DNA from: Camelus ferus
Lineage: Eukaryota
DNA length: 64,000 nucleotides
Assembly (NCBI RefSeq): GCF_009834535.1
Contig: NC_045696.1
Span: 59,274,001-59,338,000, forward strand
Reading direction: 5' to 3'
In this document: positions 1-13,956 of the stretch, one piece after another
Layout of the letters: every line of letters starts with the position of its first letter
Position numbering within the stretch: position 1 is the first letter of the stretch
The notes under the pieces: model-generated
The model's input: only the letters and a program-made list of their open reading frames with translations
What the model was told of the DNA's origin: nothing
Databases searched by the model: none
Program-made: the position numbers and the translations under genes

Positions 1-1742
1 TGTGAGCTTTCAGTGAGCTGTAGGCTTACGTGCAATTTTATACATGCAAATGATACTTCAATAAAAATTTTTAAAGGTTATCAAGTCCAGTGAAGTTTTT
101 TTTTTTTTTCAAGAGAGAAAAATCTTTGAATGTTTGAAAAAATCATGAGAGGAGACAGTGATAGCTGCTGAAAGTGATAGAAAGTGGTACATATGTCGGT
201 AGGGTACTAGGGTGGGCACTAGATTCCTCAAAAGTCAGAAAAGGATGAGATTCCCAGGCAAAGAGGTTACCTCTGGGATGGAGAGACACTTTTCCTCTAT
301 GGCTATGGGAAAAGACCAGGTGGTTTTCAGGTCAAGTGTACAGGTCAGATGTTAGAGCTCTTATTAAGCTTATTAAGAAGACTGACCTCAGTTTTCTCTG
401 TGAATGGGAGCCACGGTCATCTGAAGAACTGAGAAGGTGCTGAGAGCCTGTGAAGAAAGGGGATGGATTGGATCCATTCTCTGAAGAGTGAGTGAGAATT
501 GCATTAAAGAATGACCTGTCCATTTGAGTTCAGAATGGGCCAGGTGTGCAGACTTCTGCATTTTGCTCAGCCCTGGAGTCTCTGGAGTAGAGGTGAAAAC
601 AGGACTCTTGAGTCCTTGGGTAGTGACTTGGACAAGAGATGTCCAAGGTGGTGGACAGACTTGTTTGGACACTAGTCTCTTTCCAGAACCTTACTGAACA
701 TTGATGACTCCAAAGACTTTTGGAAGCCCTACCTTAGAAAATGGTCATGTCTGGTTTTCCCAAGTAGGCTGTACTCATCTTTTGTTTTGGACTTGTCTGT
801 CTTCTTCCCAATATCCAATTCAATGCCTTGCAGATAATACTTGCTTGATTAGAATTTGTTGACTTAATTTTTTTTAAAAGAGCTGTTTATTGGTATGTAG
901 GTCATTTGGGAGTTTTATAATGAATTGTTGTGCTACGGAAATGAATCTTTTTTGTGGACAAGCAATTCTACCTTAAACAAAAAGACCTATGAGATAAATA
1001 TTTACTGTGGAATATAATGAACAATTCTTGTTGACTCTGGATTAATTAGAGGGGACCTTTTATTGCTTGCTTACAAATGTTCGTATATTTCATAGGCACT
1101 GGAAAACTAAAGAAGCATATAGGGAAGTTCAAACATACAGATGGACCAACTGATCGATACTGACTGAGTGTCTGCCGTGTGCCCAGTATTATGCCGGGTC
1201 CAGATACTAAGGGGGCTGCTAAAGATTGGTAACAAATGGTCCTTGTCCCTGAAGAGTTTATGGTCTTGTTTGGTTGTGGGGAGACTGATACAGGAAAAAA
1301 TGGCTAACTGGAGGTCATTCAGAAAGGGAATTTCACTCATTCTTTGATTCATTTAATATGTATGTATTGTCTATAAGGTAAAAGATAATTTAAGTAGTAA
1401 ATAAGGTTTCATTTAGAGAAATTTGATTTTCAGTATACTTTCATAAAACATTTATTTTTTTGTCCTAAAGTTATTTTTTATTATAAAAATAACGCTGGCT
1501 CACTATAGAGCATTTGGAAAATGAGATGAAGTATAAAGGATAGAAACACCACTGTAATCCCATCATCCAGAGAGAACCCCTGTTTGTTAATTTGAGAGCT
1601 TCTGGTCTTGTTTCCTGTGTGTGTACTCTTTCCCTTGATCCAGGTTTGCTTTTTGATCACTGAATTAAATTAAAAAACAAATGGGAGGCCAGACATTTTC
1701 CTAAATGAAGTCATTTTTCCCTAATTAGTTGAAATGTATGAA

Positions 1743-1890
1743 GGGGAGAGTATAGCTCAGTGGTAGAGCATATGCTTGCTACCACTAGTATGGTAGCATG
1801 TACAAGGTCCTGAGTTCAATCCCCAGTACCTCCATTAAAAATAAACAGATAATAAACCTAATTACACCCCCCAAAATAAAAAAAATTAAA
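1743..1890 (+). mobile_element. Vic-1-like tRNA-derived SINE (camelid)
   Basis: GGGGAGAGTATAGCTCAGTGGTAGAG A-box head, GAGTTCAATCCCCAGTACCTCC B-box, then AAACCTAATTAC-C-rich and A-rich tail. Confidence 0.9.
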
Positions 1891-2029
1891 TATGTGATAT
1901 ATCAGTATATGCCTATCTATTGAACAAAGCCAATTCCACCTTTACGTGGGGATGATATAAGACAGAAGATCCGTTGGATGTTTGGAGGAGTAAAGGCATT
2001 GACACTTGCTGTTGTCAAAAATAGTCACA

Positions 2030-2350
2030 CAGAAGTACAGGATCTGTGGTTAAAAGTAAATGCTCTCTCTCCCTCCACCTCCATAAAGTTGATAAACTCA
2101 ACAGACGTATGTACCTGTTAAATATACAAGTGTGTGTTTATACAAATGCATGGCTTTCTTTCATATTTTAACGAAAAGAGAATTATGCTATATCTGTTAT
2201 TCTGCAGTTTGCTTTTATCACTTTCTAACCATGGACGTTTTTCCATGTTAGGACATATGTTCCATCTCATTTGTTTTAAGAGTCGTGTTACATTCTGTCG
2301 TGTGAATGTGCCATTTTGTATTTAACCATACTCCTAATGATGGACATTTA
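2030..2350 (-). mobile_element. Old L1 (L1ME-like) 3' fragment
   Basis: Degenerate antisense L1 3' UTR motifs (attctgcagtttgctttt, catactcctaatgatggacattta). Confidence 0.55.
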
Positions 2351-2744
2351 TAACCCACCTTTTCTGTGGACCAGTGTTTGTTCTGGGACATTATTTAGTC
2401 CAAAGTGTAGCATGAAAGGTTACCCATTACTGGATCATTTTCAAAGGTGACTGTGGGACAACTGCAGGATCAGGATATTTCTTCTGCTTTTATCCTCCAG
2501 AGAGAGGGAGAGAAGCCAGTCCTGGCTAACTTTCTGTATAATGTTTACGGACACTTTTTAAAATGACATTTAAATAAATGGTAGAGACCATTCTTGGCTT
2601 CTTTTGCTGTGTGCCTTTAAGTGACTTAGGAGGCAGATTTACAGTCACAATTAGCCAAAAAAAGCCACATGTGTTTTGTGGGCTTGAGTGAAAGTTAATT
2701 CCAATACCACAGGTATGGAAGTGCTTTAGGTTGTGTGCAAAAGC

Positions 2745-2960
2745 CATAGTCTGTGTTTGGCTAGAAGAATCCAAGGATGTGATTCGGGAGACCCTGGTTT
2801 CCAATTCTACCCACCACTGATTATCTCTGTGACTTGGCCAAGCCAGTTAAAAATGTCTGTTTTTACAGATGGGACCTGTCTTTCTTCATCTGAAGAGAGA
2901 GGTAAACACACTTGCCCTGCCATACCTTATAGGAATAGTAGACGATAAAGTCAGATAATA
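2745..2960 (+). mobile_element. MIR SINE
   Basis: ctggtttccaattc...ctgtgacttggccaagccagttaa...gtctttcttcatctgaa resembles the MIR core. Confidence 0.6.
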
Positions 2961-4397
2961 GAAGGAGAATGCTTTGGACAAATAAAATTGCTGACTCAAT
3001 AAAAAGAGTTTTTGTCTGCCGGCTTTCTCCGGGGTCTCCCTCGGTTTTGAGTGTGGTTGAAAGCTGAGCTAGGGGACTCAGAGGGGAGTGACAGCCACAC
3101 CACGTTTGAGGACTGTACATTTTTTCATGTCTGGTAAGAAATTGGCAGTACTAGAGATAGAGTGAAACGTTTCATGATACGTTCCATTTGCTTTTGGAAA
3201 AGAGACAAGTGTGTGAGTGTGGAAGAGTGGCTCATCTAACTGCCCAGGGCGGCTGAGGATTTCTCTCCGATGGGTGACACTGAAGCTTGGTTGCACATTA
3301 CTTATCATCCAGACATGCAAAGACAATGTCGCTTTAAAATTTTTCTAATGTGGAGCTAATCTTCCTCCACCCCAACTTGGCTAGTTTATAGTATGCCACT
3401 TTCCCCCTACTCCCCGGATCAGCTTTTTTGGATGACTGTTTCTTTCAGGTAAATTTCTCAGTAGCTCGGATTTTCTCCTGTTCTCCCACTTCTCTGGGTC
3501 TGGGTGTGTAGAGGTGTACCTGTGAGCTTGTGGGGATAGCGGTGGGGGCAGGGGAGACGGGTGCCATGGCATAATGGTTGAATTCCCCCCTGGTCTTTGC
3601 TTCATAGGGGCTAGTCTGGTCTGATCTGATCCCTGTACTGGTGTCTGCAAAGGTGTGGCTAGATGTGTCTTGCTTTTGCGGGGTCTTGTGCTGATATCCA
3701 ACACTAACATTCATGTCCTGACTATTTGCCTACGGGGTCAAGGTCCCTGTACTTGGCAGCCTCCTCATCCTAACCCCAGGCCTCTGCCTGGTCCCTGGCT
3801 CTCTGAGCATCTCTCAGTACCATCATCAGGGAATGAAGAAATATGTGGATCCCTAGCTCACTCAGTGCCAACTGTGAAAAGACAGAACCTCTACACCAGG
3901 CTCACCTAACTAATACCCACTGGGCAAGTGCTGTGTTTTCATACGGTCACCTCCGCAGGTGGTGTAAAGGAGGATGCTGAGACCCTGCTATCTGATCTCC
4001 TAGACTGAATTTTTGCCACATTCCCCTGATGCTTGAGGGTGACAGCTTCCCCTCCCTCCCTCCCTTCTGTGGCATCCTGAGTACTTTTTACCGCTGGTTT
4101 AAAGTGATCTCAACAGTCAACTCCACCCAGTTTGGATCTTGATATGTTCATGGGAACTTGAGAATTCAAGCTGTTTACTAAGAACAATCCTCTCCAGGAT
4201 GTCAATAGTTGAACATGGGTGCTTTCTCTTTGTTTGCTACTGTAACTATCTTAAACTTCCCTGAGGCAAACGGTTGTTTCTGATAGAGGAAGGGGCAGGT
4301 TAATATGTATAAGGACATGCAAAAGAGAAAAATACATTATATTTAATTTAATTTATTTCTTTAACTAGCTATCCTAAATGTTACTTTTTTTAAGATC

Positions 4398-4711
4398 TTT
4401 TTTTTTAAATTGAAATAGTTCACAATATTGTGTCAGTTTCTGATGTACAGCATAGTGATTCAGTTATACATGTACATATATATATTCCTTTTCATATTCT
4501 TTTTCATTATAGGTTACTATGAGATATTGAATATAGTTCCCTGTGCTATATAGTAGAAACTTGTTTGTCTATTTTATATATGGTAGTTAGTATTTGCAAA
4601 TCTCAAACTCCCAATTTATCCCTTCCCACCTCCTTTCCCCCCGGGAAAGTGTAAGTTTGTTTTCTATGTCTATGAGTCTGTTTCTGTTTTGTAAATAAGT
4701 TCATTTGTGTC

Positions 4712-4712
<1 letters not shown>
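4398..4712 (-). mobile_element. L1 3' UTR fragment (same family as 13344-14337), followed by a (TCT)n/T tract
   Basis: Poly-T, then gtacagcatagtgattcagttatacat...gaatatagttccctgtgctata...ttttgtaaataagttcatttgtgtc. Strongly similar to 13360-13660. Confidence 0.85.
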
Positions 4713-4742
<30 letters not shown>

Positions 4743-7700
4743 TTTACATTATGTTTTAAAAAGTGTTACCTTTGTTAAAACAATAATTTTGGGGAAAAAG
4801 AGTTTAGAAGTGGGGCTTCTAAGACTGCCTTCATTGGAATTCTATCTACATACTTGTATGTGTTTATGTGCATGTAAGCATGCCAGAGTGCAGTGTTGTT
4901 GATTCTCCCAGCAAGCATTTAGCAAGTATGCCTTACATCCCATGCATCGTGGTACAGAGGTAAGTATGGCACAGTCTCTGTCTTCAAGGAGCTCCCAGTT
5001 TTAGGAGGGTGATGGATTACTTACAGAGCTGCACTGTTGACTCCTGCATTTCTATCTGGTGAGTCTGACTGACGTTTGTGTTGGGGACCTCTAATGGCTC
5101 TGGTTTCCCTCTTACCTTGATAGGATCTGCTTTCTGAGTCTCTTCAGCCTTCTAAAATGACCAGTGCCAGTCAGTTTTGCTTTTTCCAAATAAAGCTGAT
5201 TCCTTTACCACTAGCCTCGGTTTTCATGAACATGTACTCTATAGACAGGATACGTTAAATAAGATCAATTTAAATAGAAAATAAATAGAAAAAGGAAGTC
5301 CAGCTTGGGGCTGTCGCTCTGCTTCTTCTTTGGTGGAGTTGTTTGTTTGCTGTTGTTTTTAACCACAATTCTTCCACTTCTTTTAACACAGGGAGACATC
5401 TATGTTTTACATGCTGTTCTTACTCCAGGGCTCTGGGGCTCAAGTATCCTTAGTGCAGTGTTTCTCATTTGACCATGGAAAGTGGGAACTCTGTTCCCTG
5501 TGAAGGTGACAGAAACTGGGAGACTGGTAAACTGGACAGGCAAGGAAAGTACAGGGCAAAAATACAAAAGCAGGCAAATGATGGTGCCAGATAGTTGGGT
5601 TCAAGTGGAAAGAGCAGTGGGCTGGGTGTCAGGAGCCCAGCGTTGTGATCGGTAAAGTTGGTAAACCCCTTGCCCTCTCTGAGACAATGAGGGAGATGAG
5701 CTAGGTGGTCTTGAGTTCATCTCCCATCTCCAACATTCTGAGCTAACTGGACAGCAGTAAAGTCAGCAGGGAAGGAAACCAGGTGGGACGTGGTCTCAGG
5801 TTCTCTGAAGACTTTCTGTCCTTTCGAGGCCTTTGGTCTCAGCAGCTCTAGACTGCTTGGTCAGACCCCTGATGCCACAGCTTACAGGTGACCCCACATC
5901 CTTGCTTGGTGAGCACGGGCTCTAATTCTCTCGGGGAGAATCATCCTGATGGTCAGCAGTGGCTTCAAACTGTTCTGGCCCTTAGAATCTTTTGAAAGAA
6001 GGGACAGGTTTCTGGGATTTCTGGGCCTGTGTTGAAAAGGCTACACTTCTCAGCCTGTTCTTTTGGACCCCAAGTCTGTCATTAGGGATATGCTGAAACA
6101 TCGTAGAGAACACCTTCACCAGGGCTCTGTCAGAGCTGCCCTGCTGGCTCTCAAGGCATGGGAAGACTAACTTGTTGATCTTCCTGCCAGCTTACGTCCT
6201 TGAACTCTTCTTTTGAGTCACAGAGAAAAGGTGGTGAAAGCAAACCAAAGTCTTCATTTCCTAGGGCATGTGCAAACCCAGTCCAACCACATCATCTTGA
6301 AAGGAGGTCACTGAACTGTTATCTTGGCTTTCTTCTACATTTTCTTCTACCCAGAATGCTGTCTCCTTTCCCTCACATTCTTTAGACCTTCAGAGGACTC
6401 ATGTTTTGAGAGAGGGAAACATTAGTTTTTTAAAAAGTACATTAAAACATTCCAAGTATATGAATGACTACATTAGTGGAATTCAGGCACATAAACTGGG
6501 GAATGGAGAAGCGTATTTTGGCAGATGTGTTGGTGGTCATAGAGTAGGAAATGCTTGAATGGCATTTGGAAGATGCTCTCATTATCCAAAGTGACAGGGT
6601 ACAGAGGGAATTCCTGCAGAGGGAGAAGAGTAGGCAAAGGCAGAGGGTTGTGCACATTCCTGGAGAATTAGAAGTTGTGGGCACTTTCACCAAGCCTAGC
6701 ACCACAGAAATCACATTGGACTCATAGGAACATTTCACATGCTATTGTAGCATTCTACTTTAAAGGGGTTTAGCACTGCTGTATTCTTCAACCTCTTAAA
6801 ATATTTTGAATACAGAACATCAACAGATTGACGACAGCCTAGACAATTAAATACCCAGAAGTCTTTTCCCATGAGGATAGTGACTGGGCACACCTGTGTG
6901 CAAATGTATGCCGCATGCACGTGTGTGACAGTGCTCATGCTTTGGATGCAAATGTGTGCTTCTTCCATCATACTGGGTTCTTGACACAGTATCATTTTTC
7001 AGCATTAAAATTCCCATTGCCTCCCAGAAGTGGTCCCTTTAGGATCCATTTCTGCTTGGCTCGGTGTGCACAAACATTCCAGTGGGATTGATTGCTTGTG
7101 TCAAATTAATTTTTTTCCTTCCCAGGGAGAGTGTTTGACATGTGCAAAGTGGGGAAATCCCAAGGCCTCTAGCCAAAGGCAAGCTCAGATAGACGAGTAA
7201 AGTCAGGCATGGGTCAAGAAGTGGTGTAGAGGACCCACAGAGCCTGCACCTGGATACTTAAGCCACCTTTCCCAGCATGCTTTGTGGCTGTTCCTAGGCA
7301 ACAGGAAAACTCTAGGTTGGGTAGAGATGGCTGCTGGGAGAGGCTTGGGTCTTTTCAGCATTAGCTGTGGTACCATTTCCTCTTCTATGCCCCATCTTCC
7401 TGTTACTGCATTATTTAAAAGGTTGTAGAAGCCCCTAAAGGCAAATGGAGAACATGCTGTCATTCTCCACTCAACTGTGTGCAAGCTTCAGAGAGCTCTG
7501 GGGCAGCTTTCCTTTCTGCTGGAGTCCTGATGCTTCCCTGCACCTTTGGTGGACCCTAAGAATGTACCTCTCAGACCTTTCCTCGTAGGTAGCCCTTCGC
7601 CTCATAGTAGCAGCCAGACAGCCAGCTGTACCATGCTGTGCCTGATTCTATAAGCAGGCAGCGGGCCTGCAGACTGTCTTTCCCACGTTTGGAGCTGTTG

Positions 7701-7876
7701 ACCTACTGACCTGTGTACAGTAGTGGGTTAGACTGTGCTGCTCACTGATGAACTAGTCTGTATCTTGGCAGGAGGAGCTATGTGACATGTATGGTAAAGT
7801 CTCCCTGAGAATGGTTATGTATTCTTTTCCTATAACCTGGCATTTTGATGTCCTGATGAGCATTTATTAAGTTAAA

Positions 7877-7920
7877 CTTTGTGGGTTATGAATATCAGCT
7901 TTGTGGGTTATGAATATCAG
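7877..7920. repeat. Perfect 22-bp tandem duplication
   Basis: ctttgtgggttatgaatatcag x2. Confidence 0.95.
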
Positions 7921-10900
7921 CAGTTCAAGCCAAAGTTGCTCTAGTTTGTTGTCTATAGTCTAGTTGAATGTGGCTCTTTAATTAGTGGGGTTATGGCAAA
8001 TATCTTAGCTCAACTCATTAACCTCAGGACCTTTGGAACTTTAAGAAGGCTGGTGAATTCCTCATCCCAAAGGGTAAAAAATGCTTAATTTCCATATTAT
8101 TTGGTGTTAGAATTACCTTTAGAGGAGGGAGGTGGGATTTGAATTCTATTTGCCAAAAACTTTCACATAAGTTGGTAACAAATGATTTTTAGCATTTCCC
8201 AACAGACTCCATAAGGCATCAGTTCTAGAAGAGGCACACTTCTGGCTCGGTTATAAAATCTAATGCTCTGTTAATTCTCATAGTGTCTGATTGTGATGTC
8301 TGATTTTTGAGCCAGGACAGCCAGGCTGCTGGAGGGGTGCAGGGTTGACAGAAGTCTGCTGGTTGTTAGCCAGAATGTTTCCTCTGCCCTGCTGCTGCTG
8401 CCACCTGACATGTCTCTTGAATTTAAAAGGAGATTGCCTAATTTCTTCTCTCTACTCTGGCCCAGTTTCTTTCAGCCTTTCAATCTGTTCTACCTAGTTT
8501 GTTTAGAAGTATTTATTTGATTTGTTATGCACAGAGGTAGTTCTCTGAGACTTTTTTCAGACCACTCTTATTATTCCATCTAGTATTACACTAGGTGTTG
8601 AATAAGCATGTTTGTGATTTCCCCCTTAGGTTTCAGTTTTCCCCATGACAAAGACCAAAGCAGATCCCTAGATAAGGTCCTCTCTGACAGACCCATGGCC
8701 AAATGCGCTATCACACGCTGCCTCAGGTTTCCCAGGCCCTAGGGCCATGGACCTCCAGATTTGGCAAGACCTGATGGCAGAGGTGACACCATCAAATCCA
8801 ACTCTAAGTCTCTTTAAAGTATAGCAGAAGGCCAGTCCTTTTAGGACTTGTTCAGCCACTCTGGTGGGTATCATTTTCTTTTTTTCCATGACAAGACTTT
8901 TCAAGTCTTATGCATTTAAATGGGCTGCCTCAGGTACACACTTTATTCATTCCTTCCAGGACCCTCAATATGTGCAATACTGAGGCTTTGTTCTTTGGGG
9001 CTTTTCCAGTTCTGGGCTGTTGGATTCAATTTGGTCACCCCATACATCAGCTTGGATGGAAGAGCCTTGTGAATTCCTGGAGAGCCTTTGTGGAGGTTAA
9101 GAACAAAGAAGGCAATTTATCTCTTCAAGTGTCAGGACTTTTAACCCTATGTTTTTCATTCTCTCCTTCAAGGCTGTTTGACCTTTCACAGCCCCCTGCC
9201 TTGCCTATAATGTGTATGCTGTGGTTGGAACTGCACATTCCAGGCACTGCTCAGCGCTTGAAATAAAATTTATATATGATTATCTTTTTTCAAGGGGGGA
9301 GAGTGGGAGGACTCCCCAAAAGTGTAATCAGTGGAATCTGGCCCTACTTTAGATGTCAGAAGAGACCTTCACAAGTCTTCTGGCTGCTGCAGTGTGATGC
9401 AAAGGCGTATGCCGCTGTCTGGAGTTGGGAGAGCTGCGTGCTGCCCTCAGCACTGTGCTGCACTCTTCTGTGACCTTAGGCAGGGCACTGCACCTAGCTA
9501 AGCCTGAATTTCTTCACTGGAAAGTGAAAGCGCCAAAAGGGGTGATTGCTGAGATTCTATCTCTAGGTCATTTGAAAAGTCTAAAAGATCTCCTTGAGAA
9601 TATTCTTTGGTGCGGGCCCTCCTCTGCTTATCTCACCTCTGAGAAAATGCCAGTCCTATAAAGATTGCCTCAGGGGAGGAGCAGAGTACCTGTTTTCACA
9701 CGTGACACATAAAATTCAGAATAAACTATCATTGGCTGATATGTGTCCCCAGCCATTAGAAATCCAGCAATGACAAACTCCCAGGCTTGCCAGTCTCTGG
9801 GGGAGACGTACAGGATAAATTCTGAGCCAGTTATAGTATCCTTAGTTCATAGATTTATAGGCGCCACCAAACATTTATAGGCTTCCCAAGAAAGTGCAGT
9901 CGATAATTTTGGAGTGGCTATCATCTATATATAACAACTACTCTTAAAAGTGATTTGTTTCCTCTCCTGGTCTGTAAAGAGGATTTTTGAAGGGAGAAAA
10001 GTTTTGTTTGAATTTTCTTAGAGCCTCCAACTTCTTTAAATTGGATATTTGGCAAATCTTATTCCCCAGAGAGATCTGTCTTGGCTGGCCCTGCCAGATC
10101 TTTTCCCTCCCTAGTAGGGGGTTTTAACTTCCACTGATTTATCCTTTACCACCCTTGGCTTGGTGAAGAGCTGGACTGGAGGGCCATCCTCAGAGTGCCT
10201 CTCCCTCTGGAGAGTAAACCTCTAGGACCATATCCTATTCTTTTTCTTACAGCTGCCCCTTTTGTACCCCCTTTCTGCCACTCTGTCTTCAGATGTGAGT
10301 ATTATTCTGGGAGCTGGGCTGAGGATGAGACACTGGGACAGAAGAAACACAAGTAAGGTTTAAAGGTCAAGAAGTTCTCAAAGTTTGTAGAATGACCAAG
10401 AGTCAGAACCAGAGAGGGTGGCCAGATTCAGGACAGCAAGGGGCCAGGGACAAGGAAGGTAGCTAAAGGCCAAGAAGCTGAAATGTGGAAGAGCAGCCAT
10501 GGAAGGTAGTAAAAGATCCACTCAGCATCCAGGACACCTGCAGAAGCTGAAGGGGCAGCAGGAGAGAGGGAAACGGGTGTGAGTTCTCGCTACAGGAGGC
10601 CTCACTGAGGCCTTGCTTTGGCCCCGTGCCTGCATATGCAGGCGCCAGCTCCCAAGCAGGAGGAGCCCAGTGAGAGTGCCCAGCAGGGGCTAGTTCTTGA
10701 TGTCCTCAGCTGCTGTCCCCATACCTCTCTCTCCGCCATGCCTGCTGCTCACGGATGTCCTCTTCGCTCAGTGAGCCTGCCAGCGTCCAGGCTCATTCTC
10801 TAACCCTGGGGTTACAAGGGGTTCAGATTCTCTGACAATGTTAAGGAAGTGAGACACTGGGCATCCAAGTTCCCCACAGAACATTATCCTTGAGCCCTAG

Positions 10901-11668
10901 AGGGTCTTCATATGTGTAAATTCCTCTTTCAGTTCATGGTAACAGAGCTACCAGTATGTCTTCCTCTGTCTCTTTGGCTGATGCCACATCTTTATGTTTC
11001 TGAGGCCTTGGTGGGGTTAACTCACTTTGAAAGGTGGGCCAGATGCTCTTTCTGGCCACAAATAAAACAGGTTGTGACCTGAAGAGGCCCATTTGTCTTC
11101 AAGCTTTTATTCTGTCAACATGGAAGGCCCTTACTGTTTTTTGATCCAAACTCTTTCAGTTACTTATTTATTTTTTCTTCCTCTCAAGCTTGAAGGTTTT
11201 GAAGTTACCCATCTCCCTATGGTGCCAGAGATCTTCAGCCTTATGGCCTGGCTGTGCACTGCAGGCTTCATAGCCTTGAGCTGCAATTGGGTTTTTCTGT
11301 GATTTCTTACTAGAATTGATCCACCCCAATTAAATCAATGAGCTTCCCTCTGGTTTCTGTCTTTGTATCCTTCACCTGTGGATTTAACATCTCCTTCATC
11401 CTTTTCCAAATTAGACCATCCATCCTCCAGGCTGAAGATGAAAGGGTCTAGATTTATTTATTTATTTTTTAAATATCTGGGTAAAAGTTTGAAATTTGGG
11501 AGTAGCTTCTTAGAATGTAATGTGAGAAATGTCACTCTGTGTCAGTTGTTGGTTCATCCCTGGTTGAATCCAGCTCTGGTTCCACTGGGTATGTGCTCCT
11601 CATAATCCACGTCCTTCTCCTCTCCTTCCAGAGATGTTCATTATATGAAAGAAACGGATTGTGTAGAG

Positions 11669-12243
11669 CAGAGATTCCCACAATTTCTCGGCTCACACTT
11701 CTTGAATGTCTCACTAATTTTTCTGTGGCTCCCTTAGGCCAAACAAACACTTCATAGATCTGTTCATTAAGTATTTAGGTCCACAAACTTAATAAGTGCT
11801 TATGTCCTAACAGTGCAATAGCCACTTGAAGAAGTAATACACATAAGTTGAAAGAAAAGTATTTTTATTTCATTCTTAAATAACCATGGTTACTTACTGC
11901 TGAGACGGATGTCCCTGTTGGGCACTGTGCAACTTCTCAGACCTTGGCATCAGTTTGGATATTACTTTCTTCATTTCCTGTTCTATATTTATTTTTGTGC
12001 TATGCTTGCTTTTTTCATAGCAACTGCCCCAAATCTAGTTTTGCAAAGATATGATGTCATCAAAAGGAATGGAGTGTGATTTAATGCTGCAACTGAGAAC
12101 TGTCTTATGCTAGTAGCTGATGTGGTGTCTGACAGATGTCAAACATTAATGTAGTTCCCTCAGAAATGTAAACATCCCATGGAACCCCTATGAATTTGCT
12201 GTGGTGCCCCAGGGTACCTTGGGTGCATAGTTTGGGAACTGTG
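11669..12243 (-). mobile_element. MER119-like hAT-Charlie DNA transposon
   Basis: About 575 bp with ends cagagattcccacaa / tttgggaactgtg. Internal gcaaagatatgatgtcatcaaaagg and tttttatttcattcttaaataacca match the remembered MER119 consensus. Confidence 0.75.
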
Positions 12244-13343
12244 GGGATAGTGGCATAAATGTTGGGAAATCTTTTCTGGGGCTGATTTTAGTGCTTTTTA
12301 TCTCCTCAGCCTCGTTGCCATTTCTCTAGGTTGCCAGATATCTTCTCCTGAGAATTCCTTTGCTTCCCGGTGGCCTTGGTTCTCAGGAGACTCTTCTTTT
12401 TCACTCTCTGTGAGCTTTACTGACCAATCTTGAGATGGATTGGTGCTTATTAGGGACTCCTTTCATGAGAAAGGGCTAGGCCTTGCTCCCTCAACATGAG
12501 ATGAGGGGGAGGTGAATGCAGCACCAAGCAGCGGAGTTGGGGTGGGGCTGGAGGCTAGTAGTCAGGACCAGCTACATAATTTGCAGGGCCCAATGCAAAA
12601 TGAAAATGTGAGGCTTCTTGTCCAAAAAGAGGGGAAAAGTGTTATTAAGGTGTTAGAATATGGAGCCTTTCCCTTTTCCCACAGTCTTTCTCTTAACCTG
12701 TCATGGTGTTTTAAATTTGCTGTTTATTGATATTCTCCCTTAGCATGGGATACTCAGGGGGGCCAGTGCAGACCCTTACAGGTGCCTGGCCCCCACCGAG
12801 CCTTGTGATTTGGTGCAAGTGGCCTCTGGATTGCTGGGATTAGCCAGCTGCAGGACTGAGCCCTGGCCAGGGGCAGAGAATTTGAGACAGGCATCTCCGC
12901 ATCCCAAGGGCCCACTGCTTCAACCCAGACTGGACAGGAAACTTCCAAGGATATTGCAAGCACAGGGGCATGCTGGCTACCTGGATTGCTGGTGGGTGAG
13001 GTGCTTGCTCCTGCTGAGTTGCCCTCTGAGCGTGCTGTGGTGTGGCCAGCCCAGGGCAGGGATAGCTGCCATTCTGTGCCTTGAGACGTTGTGGGGTGTA
13101 TATACTTGACCTTGACCCTGCCACCTCACTAGCTATATTTGTGTTGAGGCCTCTGCTAGGGGACAGGGATGGAGAGACTGGACAAGGTCTGGAGCCCCAG
13201 AGGGTGGAGGAGTGGGGACCTGAGTGTTCATCCTGGAGTGGCTAGAGGTAGACTGTGTGTAAGCCTCAGCCCCTACCCTCGGGCACATTCTCCATTTCCC
13301 CATTAGATTTCACTTACAAAACATATATTCAAAGATTAAATTA

Positions 13344-13803
13344 TTATTATTTTTTTAAAAAATGAAGTATAGTTGATTTACAAAGTGTTATTTTCAGGTG
13401 TATAGCAAAGTGATTCAGTTATACATGTATATATTTTCTTTTTCATATTTTTTCTATTATGGTTTATTACAGGATGTTGAATATAGTTTCCTGTGCTATA
13501 TAGTAGGACCTTGTTTGTCTATTTTATACGTAGTAGTTTGTATATGCTAATTCCAAGCTCCTAATTTATCCCTCCTCACCTTCCCCTTTGGTAACCATAA
13601 ATTTGTTTTCTGTGTTTGTGAAACTGCTTCTGTTTTGTAAATAAGTTCATTTGTGTCATTTTTTTAGATTCCACATGTAAGTGATAAAATATTTGTCTTT
13701 CTCTGTCTGACTTACCTCACTTAGTATGATAATCTCTAGCCCCATCCATGTTGCTGCAAATGGCATTGTTTCATTCTTTTTTATGGCTCAGTAATATTCC
13801 ATT

Positions 13804-13860
<57 letters not shown>

Positions 13861-13911
13861 ATGCAGTATTACTAATGGAATATTACTATATTACATAGTC
13901 ATGGTATATGT

Positions 13912-13956
<45 letters not shown>

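Noticed and set aside
1743..1833. tRNA-like sequences here and at about 18957-19031 and 40405-40477
   Set aside because: They have A-rich tails, TSDs and shared non-tRNA 3' sequence, so they are SINEs rather than tRNA genes.
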